In this document: positions 29,921-39,454 of the stretch, one piece after another | Position numbering within the stretch: the stretch's first letter is position 1 | How the letters are laid out: the number at the start of each line of letters is the position of its first letter | The notes under the pieces: generated by a model | Seen by the model: the letters and a program-made list of their open reading frames with translations, nothing else | What the model was told of the DNA's origin: nothing | Databases searched by the model: none | Translations under genes and position numbers: made by a program | Assembly (NCBI GenBank): GCA_963764715.1 | Contig: CAVXTP010000015.1 | Span: 32,001 to 96,000 of the forward strand | DNA length: 64,000 nucleotides | From: an uncultured Acidobacteriota bacterium | Lineage (GTDB): Bacteria > Acidobacteriota > Thermoanaerobaculia > UBA5066 > Gp7-AA6 | Direction: 5' to 3'

Positions 29921-30514
29921 ATGACCTTTCCAATGGCGATCGGGCGTGAAACGCCATCCGACGGACCTGTCGAAGCGCCCGGAGCCCTGGACTCGACGCT
30001 TGGATCGCTCGAGGGGTTCCGGGACCGGCTGAGGCTCTTCGCGGCGCGGCGCCTGCGCGACTGGGGCGCCGCCGAGGACGTGGCCCAGGAGGCCATCTCG
30101 CGCGCCCTCGAGGCGATGCAGGGGGGGCGGATCGAGAAGCCCGAAGCGCTTCCGGCCTTCCTCTTCCAGACGGCGCTTCACGTCTGCCTTCGCCGCATCC
30201 GGTCGGCCGGCCGGGAGCGAAAGGCCCTCCAGAAGTTCGGCGCCTCCGGCGCGGGGGACGGCGGCGAGAGCCCCCTGTCCGCGCTGCTCTCGGCGGAGCG
30301 GCGCGCGAGCGTCCTGAAGGCGCTCGAACGGCTCGATTCGGACGACCGGCAGCTTCTGGAAATGACCTACCGGGACGACCTCGACTCGGAGGACATCGGC
30401 CGGCGGCTCGGGGTCACCCCGGGTGCGGTGCGGGTTCGCCGGCACCGCGCCTTGAAACGGCTGGCCTCGGCCCTGGGCGTAACGCGGATCGCCGACGGGG
30501 CACTTGATAGGTGA
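29921..30514 (+). CDS. ECF RNA polymerase sigma-70 factor (start uncertain; frame open from 29720)
   Basis: AAEDVAQE region 2; EDIGRRLGVTPGAVRVRRHRAL region 4. Confidence 0.85.
   Translation: MTFPMAIGRETPSDGPVEAPGALDSTLGSLEGFRDRLRLFAARRLRDWGAAEDVAQEAISRALEAMQGGRIEKPEALPAFLFQTALHVCLRRIRSAGRERKALQKFGASGAGDGGESPLSALLSAERRASVLKALERLDSDDRQLLEMTYRDDLDSEDIGRRLGVTPGAVRVRRHRALKRLASALGVTRIADGALDR
30479..30504 (+). promoter_or_regulatory. Putative ECF promoter 2, GTAACG-N15-GCACT
   Basis: Inside the 3' end of the sigma gene, 6 nt before the anti-sigma GTG. Confidence 0.55.
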
Positions 30515-31131
30515 CCATGCCGAACGAAAGCCGCTGCCGCCGGGGCGAGGAGCACGACCTCGCGATCCGGTACCTCGCCGGAAAGCTGCCGGAGGCCGAG
30601 GCGGAAGCCTTCGAGAGGCACTACCTCTCGTGCGATCGCTGCTGGGGCGAAGTCTCGCAGGGGGCGCAGCTCCGCACCGCCTTCGGGAATGCTCCCGTGG
30701 CCGGGGCGGCGCTCACCGCGGCTGCCGGACGGCGGGACTACTGGACCCCGCTCGCGGCCGCGGCCGTCGTGGCCCTGGTCGCCTTCGGTCTCGCCCGGAC
30801 GGCCGCGACTCCCTCCATTGCTCCCCAAACCAGCACGGTCCTCCGGGGCTCGGGAGCGAATCGGCTCGAGTTGACGATCACGAAGGCGCCGGCGGCGCAC
30901 GCGATCCTGGAGTGGACCTCGGACCCCGAGGCGGCGACTTATCGCATCCAGATCATGCGCGCCGACGGCGTGCCGGTCCTGACGAGCGAAACTCCCGACG
31001 CCACGCTCCGGCTCGACGTCGGCGCTCTGCCGGGCGAGCCCGGTCAGCCCCTCGTCGCCAGGATCGAAGCGGTCGACGCGATGGGGCGCATCGTGTCGAC
31101 GACCGACTCGGTGCCCCTGCCCGCCTTCTAG
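30511..31131 (+). CDS. zf-HC2 membrane anti-sigma factor
   Basis: FERHYLSCDRC (HxxxCxxC), one TM helix, then an extracytoplasmic domain starting near VLRG; overlaps the sigma stop. Confidence 0.8.
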   Translation: MTMPNESRCRRGEEHDLAIRYLAGKLPEAEAEAFERHYLSCDRCWGEVSQGAQLRTAFGNAPVAGAALTAAAGRRDYWTPLAAAAVVALVAFGLARTAATPSIAPQTSTVLRGSGANRLELTITKAPAAHAILEWTSDPEAATYRIQIMRADGVPVLTSETPDATLRLDVGALPGEPGQPLVARIEAVDAMGRIVSTTDSVPLPAF

Positions 31132-31157
31132 CCCCCGCCCTTCCGCTGAGTGTTCGA

Positions 31158-32300
31158 TCAGCGGCTCGCCGCGCGGACCGGTCCTGCCGCGGGCCGCGGG
31201 GCGATCTGCTTCGCGGCCGCGCGCAGCGTGTTCGTCGCCTCGGGCTCGCGCTGCATCACGTGCTTTCCGTAGCCCTTCTTCGTCACGTAGTGCACGTCGA
31301 CCTGCTGGTACGGGACGCCGCCCGGCAGGCGATCGCCGCGGTAGACCCAGACCTCGAGCTCCGAGGACGTCTCCGGAGCTTCGTTGGCCGGGCCGTCGCT
31401 CAGGTACGGCATCGACTGGATCTTGCTGGAGCCCATCGCCGCCGACTTGCCCGACGACTTGGGCTTTCCCGGCAGCGCAGCCTCCCGCGATGCCACGGCG
31501 TACATTCCGGACGGGTCGTTCCTGTCGTCTCCCGTGCGCAGGGGCCGGCGGCTGGCGAACGTCGGCGGACCGAGCAGGATGAAGACCATCCCGCGGTCGG
31601 TCAGGCTGCCCCTCGTTTCTCCGTCCTGCTCCAGGCGCGCGTCCGCGAACGCGACGCGCCTCTCGTACTCCTGCCGGAACGTCCGTCCGTCCGCGCCCGG
31701 CAGCGTGACGCGCGCTTCCCAGAATTCCTCGACGAAGGCGACGCGGGCGTTGGCGTCGGTGAGGCCCGCCCAGGTCTTCTTCTCCTCGTCGGTCATGATC
31801 CACTGCACGGGGCCATCCGCCCAGTACTGGTCGACGGGATCGCGATCGACCGCGTCGACGGGCACCTGGAACCTCGCGTAGGCAAACGCCAGAGACGTCG
31901 GCGGCTCCGCGAATTGCGTGCGCGCCTTCGCGAAAGCGGCGACGGCCTTCTTCGAGTACATCGTCGCGTCGATGATCGCGTCCGGCTTGACGCCGAGGAA
32001 GGCCGTGAACTCGGCCACGGCCTGTTCATCGCGGCCGACGTTGGCCTCGCACACCCCGCGATAGAAGTGAATCGGGCCTTCGAGCTCGCTTTGCGCCCGC
32101 TCCTGCCCGGGCTTCGCGGCCTCGCGCTCGAGTGTCGCGAGAGTGCCCAGCGCGGCCGCCCAGGTCCCGTCCGCGACCTGTTGCTTGACCTGTTGAAACA
32201 GGTCGGGAAGGGACTGAAGGGATTGTGATTGTCCAGCCGCAGGAACTCGATCGAGGACAACCACGAGAAGGAGGGACAAACCGATCACCGCTTTACGCAT
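31158..32300 (-). CDS. GWxTD domain protein (secreted, TPR-like N-terminus)
   Basis: Signal peptide; WIMTDEEK..FVEEFW..EYERRVAFAD..GSLTDRGMVFILLGPP. Confidence 0.85.
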   Translation of the reverse strand: MRKAVIGLSLLLVVVLDRVPAAGQSQSLQSLPDLFQQVKQQVADGTWAAALGTLATLEREAAKPGQERAQSELEGPIHFYRGVCEANVGRDEQAVAEFTAFLGVKPDAIIDATMYSKKAVAAFAKARTQFAEPPTSLAFAYARFQVPVDAVDRDPVDQYWADGPVQWIMTDEEKKTWAGLTDANARVAFVEEFWEARVTLPGADGRTFRQEYERRVAFADARLEQDGETRGSLTDRGMVFILLGPPTFASRRPLRTGDDRNDPSGMYAVASREAALPGKPKSSGKSAAMGSSKIQSMPYLSDGPANEAPETSSELEVWVYRGDRLPGGVPYQQVDVHYVTKKGYGKHVMQREPEATNTLRAAAKQIAPRPAAGPVRAASR

Positions 32301-32402
32301 GGCACGTCCTCCCGATGACGGAGCCGGGACACTCGAATGCTACTACCAAAGATCCGCCGCGTTGCGACTCGTTCGCAGCGCCGGGGGGCCGATTCCGGGG
32401 CT

Positions 32403-32428
32403 GTAACGCCCGCCGCCGATCGGGAACT
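32403..32428 (+). promoter_or_regulatory. Putative ECF promoter 3, GTAACG-N15-GAACT
   Basis: Upstream of the CHAT gene; same spacing as 29684 and 30479. Confidence 0.55.
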
Positions 32429-32529
32429 CTCGAGTGGTCGCGGGTGTGCATCGGGGCGGTCGCCCGCCCCGGCGCCGCCGGCCGCCGGCGCCTCGATGGC
32501 CGACTTATGATGGACGCGGACCGGCAGTG

Positions 32530-35500
32530 ATGCGAAGTCGTGCGATCGCGGCTCTCGGCGGGCTGTGGCTCGCGGCCGCCTTCCTCGCCTGGCGGGAGGA
32601 GTCCGAGACCGCCGCCGGCGGCGTCGTCGTGGAGAGCGTTCGGCCGGGCTGGCCGGCGGACAAGGCGGGCATCCGGCGCGGCGACGTCCTGACGTCCTGG
32701 CGCCGCGCGGCCAACCCGCCGGCCAATCCTTCGGAAGCCCGGGGCGATCTGCGGACCCCCTTCGATCTTCGCCAGGTCGAGGTGGAGCAATTGCCGCGAG
32801 GCCCGGTGCGGCTGCTCGCGGAGCGCGGAAACGAAGCCCTCGCCTTCGAGCTGCCGCGCCAGGGCTGGGGAATCACGGCCAGGCCCCGCTTCAGCGGCAC
32901 GGCCCTCGCGACGTACCAGAAGGGTGAGCGGTCCATCCAGGCCGGCCGAATCGACGCCGGCCTCGGGTCCTGGCGAAAGGCCGCGACGGAGCTGGAGGAA
33001 TCCGGGCGACGCGCGGACGCCGCCTGGCTCCATTTGCGCGTCGCCGAGTCCGACAGGCGCGCGGCGCGCGCGTCCTACGACGCCGCCGTCCGCCAGGCGC
33101 AGGCGGCGAACGACTGGTGGCTGCTCGCCAGCGTCTACGACGGGTACGCGACGCTTCTTCTCGGCCGGAACGAATTCGATCCGGCGGCCGCGGCGGCCCG
33201 GAAGGCGCTGGAGACGGCCGAGCTTCATGCGCCGGACAGCCTGGCGGCGGCCGACGCGCTCGAGCGTCTCGGCATCATCGAGGAGGAACGAAACAATCCC
33301 GCGCGGGCACGCGAGCTCTACGTCCGGGCCCTCGCGATCCGGCAGCGGGCCGCCCCCGGCAGCATCGCGGTCGCCGCGAGCCTCGGCGCCCTCGGGCGCG
33401 TCGCCGCCGAGCGGGACTCCGCCGAAGATCTCTGCGGCCGGTCCCTGACGCTCTGGGAAAACCTGGCTCCCGAGAGCCTCGGCACGGCGCGGGTCCTGAA
33501 CGATCTCGGCGAGCTCTACTTCTATCGGGCCGACCTCCTCGTCGCCCGGAGCTACTTCGAGCGCGCCGCGGCGATCCGCCGCAAGCTCGATCCGGGCGGC
33601 CTCGACTTCGCGTCGAGCCTTCACTGGCTCGGCAACGTCGCGTGGAGACGCGGCGACCTCGCGGCGGCGGAGGACTTTCACCGCCGGGCGCTCGCGATCC
33701 GCCAGAGGCTCGCCCCCGAAAGCCCCGCGGTCGAGACGAGCCTGAACTCGCTCGGCAACGTCGCCGGGACCCGGAAGGACCTCGACTCCGCGGAGCGCTA
33801 CCATCGCCAGGCCCTCCTCATCGGCGAGAAGGTGTCTCCGGACCGGGTCGAGGCGATCCTGCACAACCTCGGGGAGGATGCCCGGTTGCGCGGCGATTAC
33901 GCGGGCGCCGACGCCTTCCTCGCCCGGGCCCTGGCCGTCAACGAGAAGCTTCCTCCCGGAAGCAGCCGGTCGATCGCCATCGCGAACACCCTCGTCAGCC
34001 AGGCGGCCGTCGCGCGCGATCGAGGCGACCTCGACAGCGCGGAGAGTCTCATCCGCCGCGCGCTGGCGATTCGCGAAACGCTGGAGCCCGACACGCTCCA
34101 TCTCGCCGAGGACCGGGAGGTCCTCGCGGACGTGCTCCGGGCGCGCGGCCGTCTCGCCGAGGCGCGAGACCTCTACTCGCAGATCCTCGACGTCGCGTCC
34201 CGCATCAGCCCGGGAAGCGAGCTCGAGGCCCGCTCGCTTCACGGGCTCGGTTTGATCGACCGCAAGGAAGGCCGCGCCGCGCCGGCGGCCATCGCGTTCC
34301 GCCGCGCGATCGACGCGCTCGAGTCGCAGAAGGGAAAGCTCGGCGGGCCGAGCGCCGCGCGCGAGCTCTTTTCGGCGGCCTACGCCGGCTACTACCGCGA
34401 CGCGATCCAGGCCCTCGTGGACGTCCGGGATCCGAACGGGGCGTTCTGGACGCTCGAGCGCTCCCACGCGCGCCTCTTGCTCGGCATGCTCGCCGAGCGG
34501 GACCTGGTCCTCGACGCCGACCTCCCGCAGGCCCTCGAGCGCGAGCGTCTCCGCGCCGACGCCGCGTACGAACGCGCGCAGAACCAGATCCTGCAGGCTC
34601 CCGCGCGGGAGCGGACTGACGAGGCTCTCGGCCGCCTCGCTTCCTTGCGGGCCGCCCGCGAGGAGGTCATCGAGAAAATCAAGCGGTCGTCGCCGCGCTA
34701 CGGCTCGCTCCGCTATCCGCGGCCGCTCGACCTCGACGGAACGCGGTCGGGCCTCGAGCCCGGGACCCTTCTCCTCTCCTACTCGGTCGGAAGGGAGTCG
34801 TCCCATCTCTTCGCCGTCGAGCCGTCGGGGGCCGCGGGCCCGGGCCTCACGCTCTACACCCTCGCCGCGGACGAGCGGACGCTGCGCGAAAGCGTCGCGG
34901 CCTACCGCAACCTCGTCGACTTCCGCGGCCCCTCCGGCGCCGAGGCCCGACGCAACCTCCTGACCCGCTCGCGCTCGCTCTACGACCTGCTGATCAGGCC
35001 GGCCGAGCCCCTGATCTCGCGCTATGCCCGGATCCTGATCATTCCCGACGGCCCCCTGCACACGCTGCCGTTCGCGGCCCTCGTTCGGAATGCCGGCAGC
35101 GGCACGCCCCAGTACCTCGTCGACTGGAAGCCGATCCACATCGCCGTGTCGGCGACCGTCTACGTGGAGCTGAAGAAGGGACGAGCGGACTCGCCGCGGG
35201 ATCCCTCCGTCGTTCTCGCCGCGTTCGGGGACCCGCGGTATCCGAAGTTTGCGGCGGCGAAGGGCGAGGTCCGTCGCGGAGACGTGGTGGAGGCGCCGCT
35301 CGACTCCGGGCCGACTCCGGACTCGATCGCGGACCCGCAGCTTCGCTCCGTCCTCCGCGGCGGCATCCGGTTCGAGCGGTTGCCCGCCTCGCGGCGGGAA
35401 GTCGAGGAGATCGCCGGGCTCTACGCGCCGAAGAGCGCCACCTATCTCGGCGCCAACGCCACCGAAGAGCGGGCGAAGTCGATCGGCCGGGACGTCCCGC

Positions 35501-35946
35501 TCATCCACTTCGCCTGCCACGCCATCATCAACGAGCGCTTCCCCCTCGACTCCGCGCTCGTCTTCTCGATCCCCGAGCATCCCGAGGAGGGCCAGGACAA
35601 CGGCCTCCTCCAGGCCTGGGAGATCTTCGAGAAGGTCCACATCGACGCGGACCTCGTCACGCTCTCGGCCTGCGATTCGGGCCTCGGCAAGGAGATGGGC
35701 GGCGAAGGTCTCATCGGCCTGACGCGGGCGTTCCAGTACGCCGGCGCGCGCTCGGTGCTCGCCTCGCTGTGGAAGGTCGAGGACACCTCCACCGCCGAGC
35801 TGATGAAGCGCTTCTACCAGTACCTGAAGGCCGGAAAGACCAAGGACGAGGCCCTGCGCTCAGCCCAGATCGACCTGATCCGATCCTCCACCTACTCGCA
35901 GCCCCGCGACTGGGCCGCGTTCCAGCTCAATGGGGACTGGAAGTAG
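32530..35946 (+). CDS. PDZ-TPR-CHAT (caspase HetF-associated) protease with N-terminal hydrophobic segment
   Basis: GVVVESVRPGWPADKAGIRRGDVL (PDZ-like), TPR repeats, IIPDGPLHTLPFAAL, IHFACHA (His), LSACDSG (Cys), SLWKVED, WAAF. Confidence 0.9.
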   Translation: MRSRAIAALGGLWLAAAFLAWREESETAAGGVVVESVRPGWPADKAGIRRGDVLTSWRRAANPPANPSEARGDLRTPFDLRQVEVEQLPRGPVRLLAERGNEALAFELPRQGWGITARPRFSGTALATYQKGERSIQAGRIDAGLGSWRKAATELEESGRRADAAWLHLRVAESDRRAARASYDAAVRQAQAANDWWLLASVYDGYATLLLGRNEFDPAAAAARKALETAELHAPDSLAAADALERLGIIEEERNNPARARELYVRALAIRQRAAPGSIAVAASLGALGRVAAERDSAEDLCGRSLTLWENLAPESLGTARVLNDLGELYFYRADLLVARSYFERAAAIRRKLDPGGLDFASSLHWLGNVAWRRGDLAAAEDFHRRALAIRQRLAPESPAVETSLNSLGNVAGTRKDLDSAERYHRQALLIGEKVSPDRVEAILHNLGEDARLRGDYAGADAFLARALAVNEKLPPGSSRSIAIANTLVSQAAVARDRGDLDSAESLIRRALAIRETLEPDTLHLAEDREVLADVLRARGRLAEARDLYSQILDVASRISPGSELEARSLHGLGLIDRKEGRAAPAAIAFRRAIDALESQKGKLGGPSAARELFSAAYAGYYRDAIQALVDVRDPNGAFWTLERSHARLLLGMLAERDLVLDADLPQALERERLRADAAYERAQNQILQAPARERTDEALGRLASLRAAREEVIEKIKRSSPRYGSLRYPRPLDLDGTRSGLEPGTLLLSYSVGRESSHLFAVEPSGAAGPGLTLYTLAADERTLRESVAAYRNLVDFRGPSGAEARRNLLTRSRSLYDLLIRPAEPLISRYARILIIPDGPLHTLPFAALVRNAGSGTPQYLVDWKPIHIAVSATVYVELKKGRADSPRDPSVVLAAFGDPRYPKFAAAKGEVRRGDVVEAPLDSGPTPDSIADPQLRSVLRGGIRFERLPASRREVEEIAGLYAPKSATYLGANATEERAKSIGRDVPLIHFACHAIINERFPLDSALVFSIPEHPEEGQDNGLLQAWEIFEKVHIDADLVTLSACDSGLGKEMGGEGLIGLTRAFQYAGARSVLASLWKVEDTSTAELMKRFYQYLKAGKTKDEALRSAQIDLIRSSTYSQPRDWAAFQLNGDWK

Positions 35947-36002
35947 GCCCGCCTCGCGACAATAGATACATTGAGGCCAATGGGGAGGCTTAGAATTCTG
36001 GC

Positions 36003-36557
36003 ATGACGCTGCCGGCGGCGCTGAAGTTCACCTACGAGGACTACGCGCTCCTCCCCGAGGACCGACGCTACGAGGTCATCGATGGGGAGCTGTTCTTGAC
36101 ACCCGCACCGACGCCCAACCACCAGGACGTGATCCTCGAGCTCGTTCGACTCCTCGCGGACTTCGTCGAGGCCCGCCGCCTCGGACGAGTGGTCCTCGCC
36201 CCCTGCGACGTCGTCCTCTCGAAGTTCGACATCTTGCAGCCGGACATCTTCTTCATCGCCGCCGAGCGCGAATCCATCGTCGGCCCGAAGTACATCGAGG
36301 GGCCGCCGGATCTCGTGGTCGAAGTCCTCTCACCCTCGACGGCGACCCGCGACCGAGAGGCCAAGGCCAAGCGTTATGCGACCTTCGGTGTGCGGGAGAT
36401 GTGGCTGATCGAGCCGGAAACGAGAACGATCGAAGTGTTCGTCAACGCCGGTGAGGGCTTTCGACTGTACGGTCGATTCGCGACCAACGAGCTCGTCCGA
36501 TCGACGGTGCTGGCGGGGCTCGAGTTTCCCGCCGCGTCGATTCTCCGCTCGACCTAG
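36003..36557 (+). CDS. Uma2 family (DUF820) endonuclease-like protein
   Basis: YEVIDGEL, QPDI, PDLVVEVLSPST, YATFGVREMWLI. Confidence 0.9.
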   Translation: MTLPAALKFTYEDYALLPEDRRYEVIDGELFLTPAPTPNHQDVILELVRLLADFVEARRLGRVVLAPCDVVLSKFDILQPDIFFIAAERESIVGPKYIEGPPDLVVEVLSPSTATRDREAKAKRYATFGVREMWLIEPETRTIEVFVNAGEGFRLYGRFATNELVRSTVLAGLEFPAASILRST

Positions 36558-37576
36558 CGCTCTCTCCGGAACTTCGAGATCGTTCCCTTCGGACCGATCG
36601 CCCAGCCGGCCCCGTCCGAGCCGAACGCCACCGCGTTGTAGGGCGTCCTGTCGAGAAGAGTCCACGTCTTCCCCGCGTCGCGGCTCTCGGCCGTCCCGGC
36701 GAGGCCGACGGCCACGAGGCGATCGCCGGCGCCGGGGACCGCGGCGACGGCCGAGAAGAAGCCCGACTTCGACAGCGGCGCCGGCACCCAGGTCGCGCCG
36801 CCGTCCTCCGTGCGCGCGCCGTTCAAGCCCTCGAAGGCCGGCTGCTTGTAGTCGCCCCCGGTCACGACGCCGCGCTTCGCGTCGAGAAACGCAACCGAGA
36901 AGAGGCCGGACGAGGCGTTGGCCGCGGCGACCGGGGCCTCCGCGACGGTCCAGGTGAGGCCCCGGTCGGCTGTGTGGAACACGCGCGCGACCTTCGCGCC
37001 GCCGGTGACGAACCAGGCGTCGTTTCCGCCCTTCGACGCAAAGAGACAGGTGCCGCTCGCGGCGAAGGCGCCTTCGCCCGGGAGGGCGGGCGGCATGACC
37101 TCGTCCTTCACGGCGTACCAGGTGAGACCGCCGTCGATCGTCGTGCGGATGCGGAACTTCCCGCCGACCGGGTCTCCCACGACGATCCCGTGCCGCGCGT
37201 CCCAGAAGGCGAGGGCGTCGTAGAACCCTTCCTTCTCCGGATTCGTGTGGAAGAGCCCCCACGTCGCTCCGCCGTCGGTCGAGCGGTAGATGCGGGACGC
37301 CGGGCCCGGGCCCGCGGCCATGAGAACGAGCACGTCATCCGAGAGCGCTTCGAGGTCGCGGAAGTCGAGTGTCTCGGCGCCCCGGATGGCGACCTTCTCC
37401 CACCGCTCGCCGTCCGTCGTCCGCAGCACGGTGCCGCCCGCGCCGCTCGCCCAGGCGTGGGTCGCGTCGCGAACCGCGAGGCCCCGGAGCTCCGCGTCCG
37501 ATCCGCTCGTCTGAGGGGTCCAGACGGCGACGGCGCCCGCCAGGAGCACTCCGCCGAGCATCGCCCCCTTCGTCAC
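36554..37576 (-). CDS. Ycf48-like BNR beta-propeller protein
   Basis: WASGAGGTVLRTTDG, LDFRD, GEGAFAASG, GGDY. Confidence 0.8.
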   Translation of the reverse strand: MTKGAMLGGVLLAGAVAVWTPQTSGSDAELRGLAVRDATHAWASGAGGTVLRTTDGERWEKVAIRGAETLDFRDLEALSDDVLVLMAAGPGPASRIYRSTDGGATWGLFHTNPEKEGFYDALAFWDARHGIVVGDPVGGKFRIRTTIDGGLTWYAVKDEVMPPALPGEGAFAASGTCLFASKGGNDAWFVTGGAKVARVFHTADRGLTWTVAEAPVAAANASSGLFSVAFLDAKRGVVTGGDYKQPAFEGLNGARTEDGGATWVPAPLSKSGFFSAVAAVPGAGDRLVAVGLAGTAESRDAGKTWTLLDRTPYNAVAFGSDGAGWAIGPKGTISKFRRER

Positions 37577-37932
37577 TTCCCCCACAGCATCTTGAGGGAC
37601 ACGACGAGAAGGAACGCGCCGAACATGCGCCGGAGCGCCAGGTCGGACACCGGCTCGACGAGCTTGGCTCCCACGAAGGCGCCGACGAGCAGGCCCGCCG
37701 CGATGAGCGCCGAGTACTTGACGTTGACCTGCCCGTTCTTCCAGTAGACCCAGGCCGACAGCGCGCCGACCGGCAGAAGCAGAGCGCCGAGCGAGGTGCC
37801 CACCGCCTCGTGCTGCTTCATCCCGTAGACCACGGCGAGCGCCGGCACGACGATGAGCCCGCCGCCGATGCCGAACATGCCGGCGAAGACGCCCGCGAGG
37901 ACGCCGACCAGGATCAGCCCCGCCACCTGCAT
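37573..37932 (-). CDS. TauE/SafE family sulfite exporter (half-size)
   Basis: GMFGIGGGLIVVPAL, AVGTSL. Confidence 0.85.
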   Translation of the reverse strand: MQVAGLILVGVLAGVFAGMFGIGGGLIVVPALAVVYGMKQHEAVGTSLGALLLPVGALSAWVYWKNGQVNVKYSALIAAGLLVGAFVGAKLVEPVSDLALRRMFGAFLLVVSLKMLWGK

Positions 37933-37950
37933 CCTGCCTCCTGCCTCCCG

Positions 37951-38739
37951 CTATACCGCGGGGTAAGCCAGCCCGGTCTCGTGAGCCTCGGTGCCGTCGC
38001 GGATCTCGAGCGCGGCGTCGGGGGCGTTCGTCGTGATCGAGGCGACACCCGCCGCGAGGAGCTTACGGACCTCGTCGGGCTCGTCGACCGTCCAGGGATG
38101 CACCGAGAGGCTGGCCGCCGCGGCCTGCGCGAGCAGCGCCGGGGTCACGAGGTCCTTGCGCGGCGCGATCGCGTCGACCGGGGGAAAGAGCGGCGCGGGC
38201 TGGCCCGGCGCGGGAAGCGCGACGGCATGGTCGAAGATGTAGCTCGTGGCGATGCCGGGAAAGGCCTCGTGCATGCGCTTGACGAACTCCGCGTCGAAGG
38301 ACCCGACGAGGCAGCGCGACGTCAGGCCGAAGACCGAGGCGAGCTTCGCGACGCGGCGGGCCATCGTGCCCATGCCGCCGGGCGGCATCCCGGGCGAGGT
38401 CTTGACCTCCACGATGTAGCGAAACGCCGTCCCGTACCGATGAAAAATCTGTTCGAGCCGGGGGATGCGGTACTCGCCGAGCTCCGACGGGATGACGAGC
38501 TTTTCGAGCTCCCGGGCGGTGAACGTCCGCACCGGCAGCCGCTGGGTCCCCAGGAGCACGTCCTCGTCGTGAAAGACGACCGCCTCGCCGTCGCGCGTCA
38601 GGCGAACGTCGAGCTCGATCGCGTCGGCGCCGAAGCTCTCGGCATAGTCGAAGCTCGCGATGGTGTTCTCGCGGGCCCGGCGCGGCGCGCCGCGGTGTCC
38701 GACGATCCACGTCGGGTGGGGGCTCTTCCAGTCGCTCAT
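37951..38739 (-). CDS. Glycerophosphodiester phosphodiesterase
   Basis: GHRGA, ENT, IELDV, VVFHD, WTVD, ITTNAP. Confidence 0.9.
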   Translation of the reverse strand: MSDWKSPHPTWIVGHRGAPRRARENTIASFDYAESFGADAIELDVRLTRDGEAVVFHDEDVLLGTQRLPVRTFTARELEKLVIPSELGEYRIPRLEQIFHRYGTAFRYIVEVKTSPGMPPGGMGTMARRVAKLASVFGLTSRCLVGSFDAEFVKRMHEAFPGIATSYIFDHAVALPAPGQPAPLFPPVDAIAPRKDLVTPALLAQAAAASLSVHPWTVDEPDEVRKLLAAGVASITTNAPDAALEIRDGTEAHETGLAYPAV

Positions 38740-38749
38740 CGCAGGCGCA

Positions 38750-39454
38750 TTATGTCGCGGCCGCGATCTCCGCGAGGATCGCGTCGAGAGCCGCGTCCGG
38801 GTCCGCCGCCGCGGTCACGGGCCGGCCGATCACGAGAAGGTCCGCGCCGGCCGCGATCGCCGAGGCCGGCGTCGCCACGCGCTTCTGGTCTCCCGCGGCC
38901 GCGCCGGCCGGGCGGATCCCGGGAACGACCGTGAAGAAGCCCGGTCCGCACGCCGCGCGGATCCCCGGGAGATCATTGGCCGAGCAGACGACGCCGTCGA
39001 GGCCGCAGTCCTTCGCCAGGATGGAAAGGCGCCGTGCGATCCCTTCCGGCGGCCCCGCCATCGGCAGGTCCGCGAGGGCCCGGGCGTCGATCGAGGTCAG
39101 GAGCGTGACGCCGATCAACTTTGCGACTCCCGCGCGCCGGGCGGCCTCCCGCGCCGCCTCGAGCATCGCGCGCCCCCCCGAGCAGTGCACGTTGACCATG
39201 GCCGCCTTCGACCGGCCGGCCGAGGCCACCGCCCCGGCCACCGTCGCCGGGATGTCGTGGAACTTGAGGTCGAGGAAGATCTTCGCTCCCGAGACGGAGG
39301 CCGCCTCCGCGACGAGCGACGGGCCCTCCGCCACGAAAGCCTCGAGACCGATCTTCAGCCAGCCTGCGCGTCCGCCAAAGCGCTTCGCCGCGGCGAGGAC
39401 CTCGGCGCGCGTCGGAAAGTCGAGGGCGATGCAGACGCGCTCGGAGGCGCTCAT
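38750..39454 (-). CDS. pyrF: Orotidine 5'-phosphate decarboxylase
   Basis: IALD, FLDLKFHDIPATV, VPGIRP, DQKR, IGRP. Confidence 0.95.
   Translation of the reverse strand: MSASERVCIALDFPTRAEVLAAAKRFGGRAGWLKIGLEAFVAEGPSLVAEAASVSGAKIFLDLKFHDIPATVAGAVASAGRSKAAMVNVHCSGGRAMLEAAREAARRAGVAKLIGVTLLTSIDARALADLPMAGPPEGIARRLSILAKDCGLDGVVCSANDLPGIRAACGPGFFTVVPGIRPAGAAAGDQKRVATPASAIAAGADLLVIGRPVTAAADPDAALDAILAEIAAAT

Noticed and set aside
32340-32365. Fourth ECF motif for the GWxTD gene
   Set aside because: GCAACG is present on the minus strand but is followed at N15 by AGTAG, not GNACT.
36003-36557. Restriction or defence system
   Set aside because: Stand-alone Uma2 genes are common; there is no partner methyltransferase.
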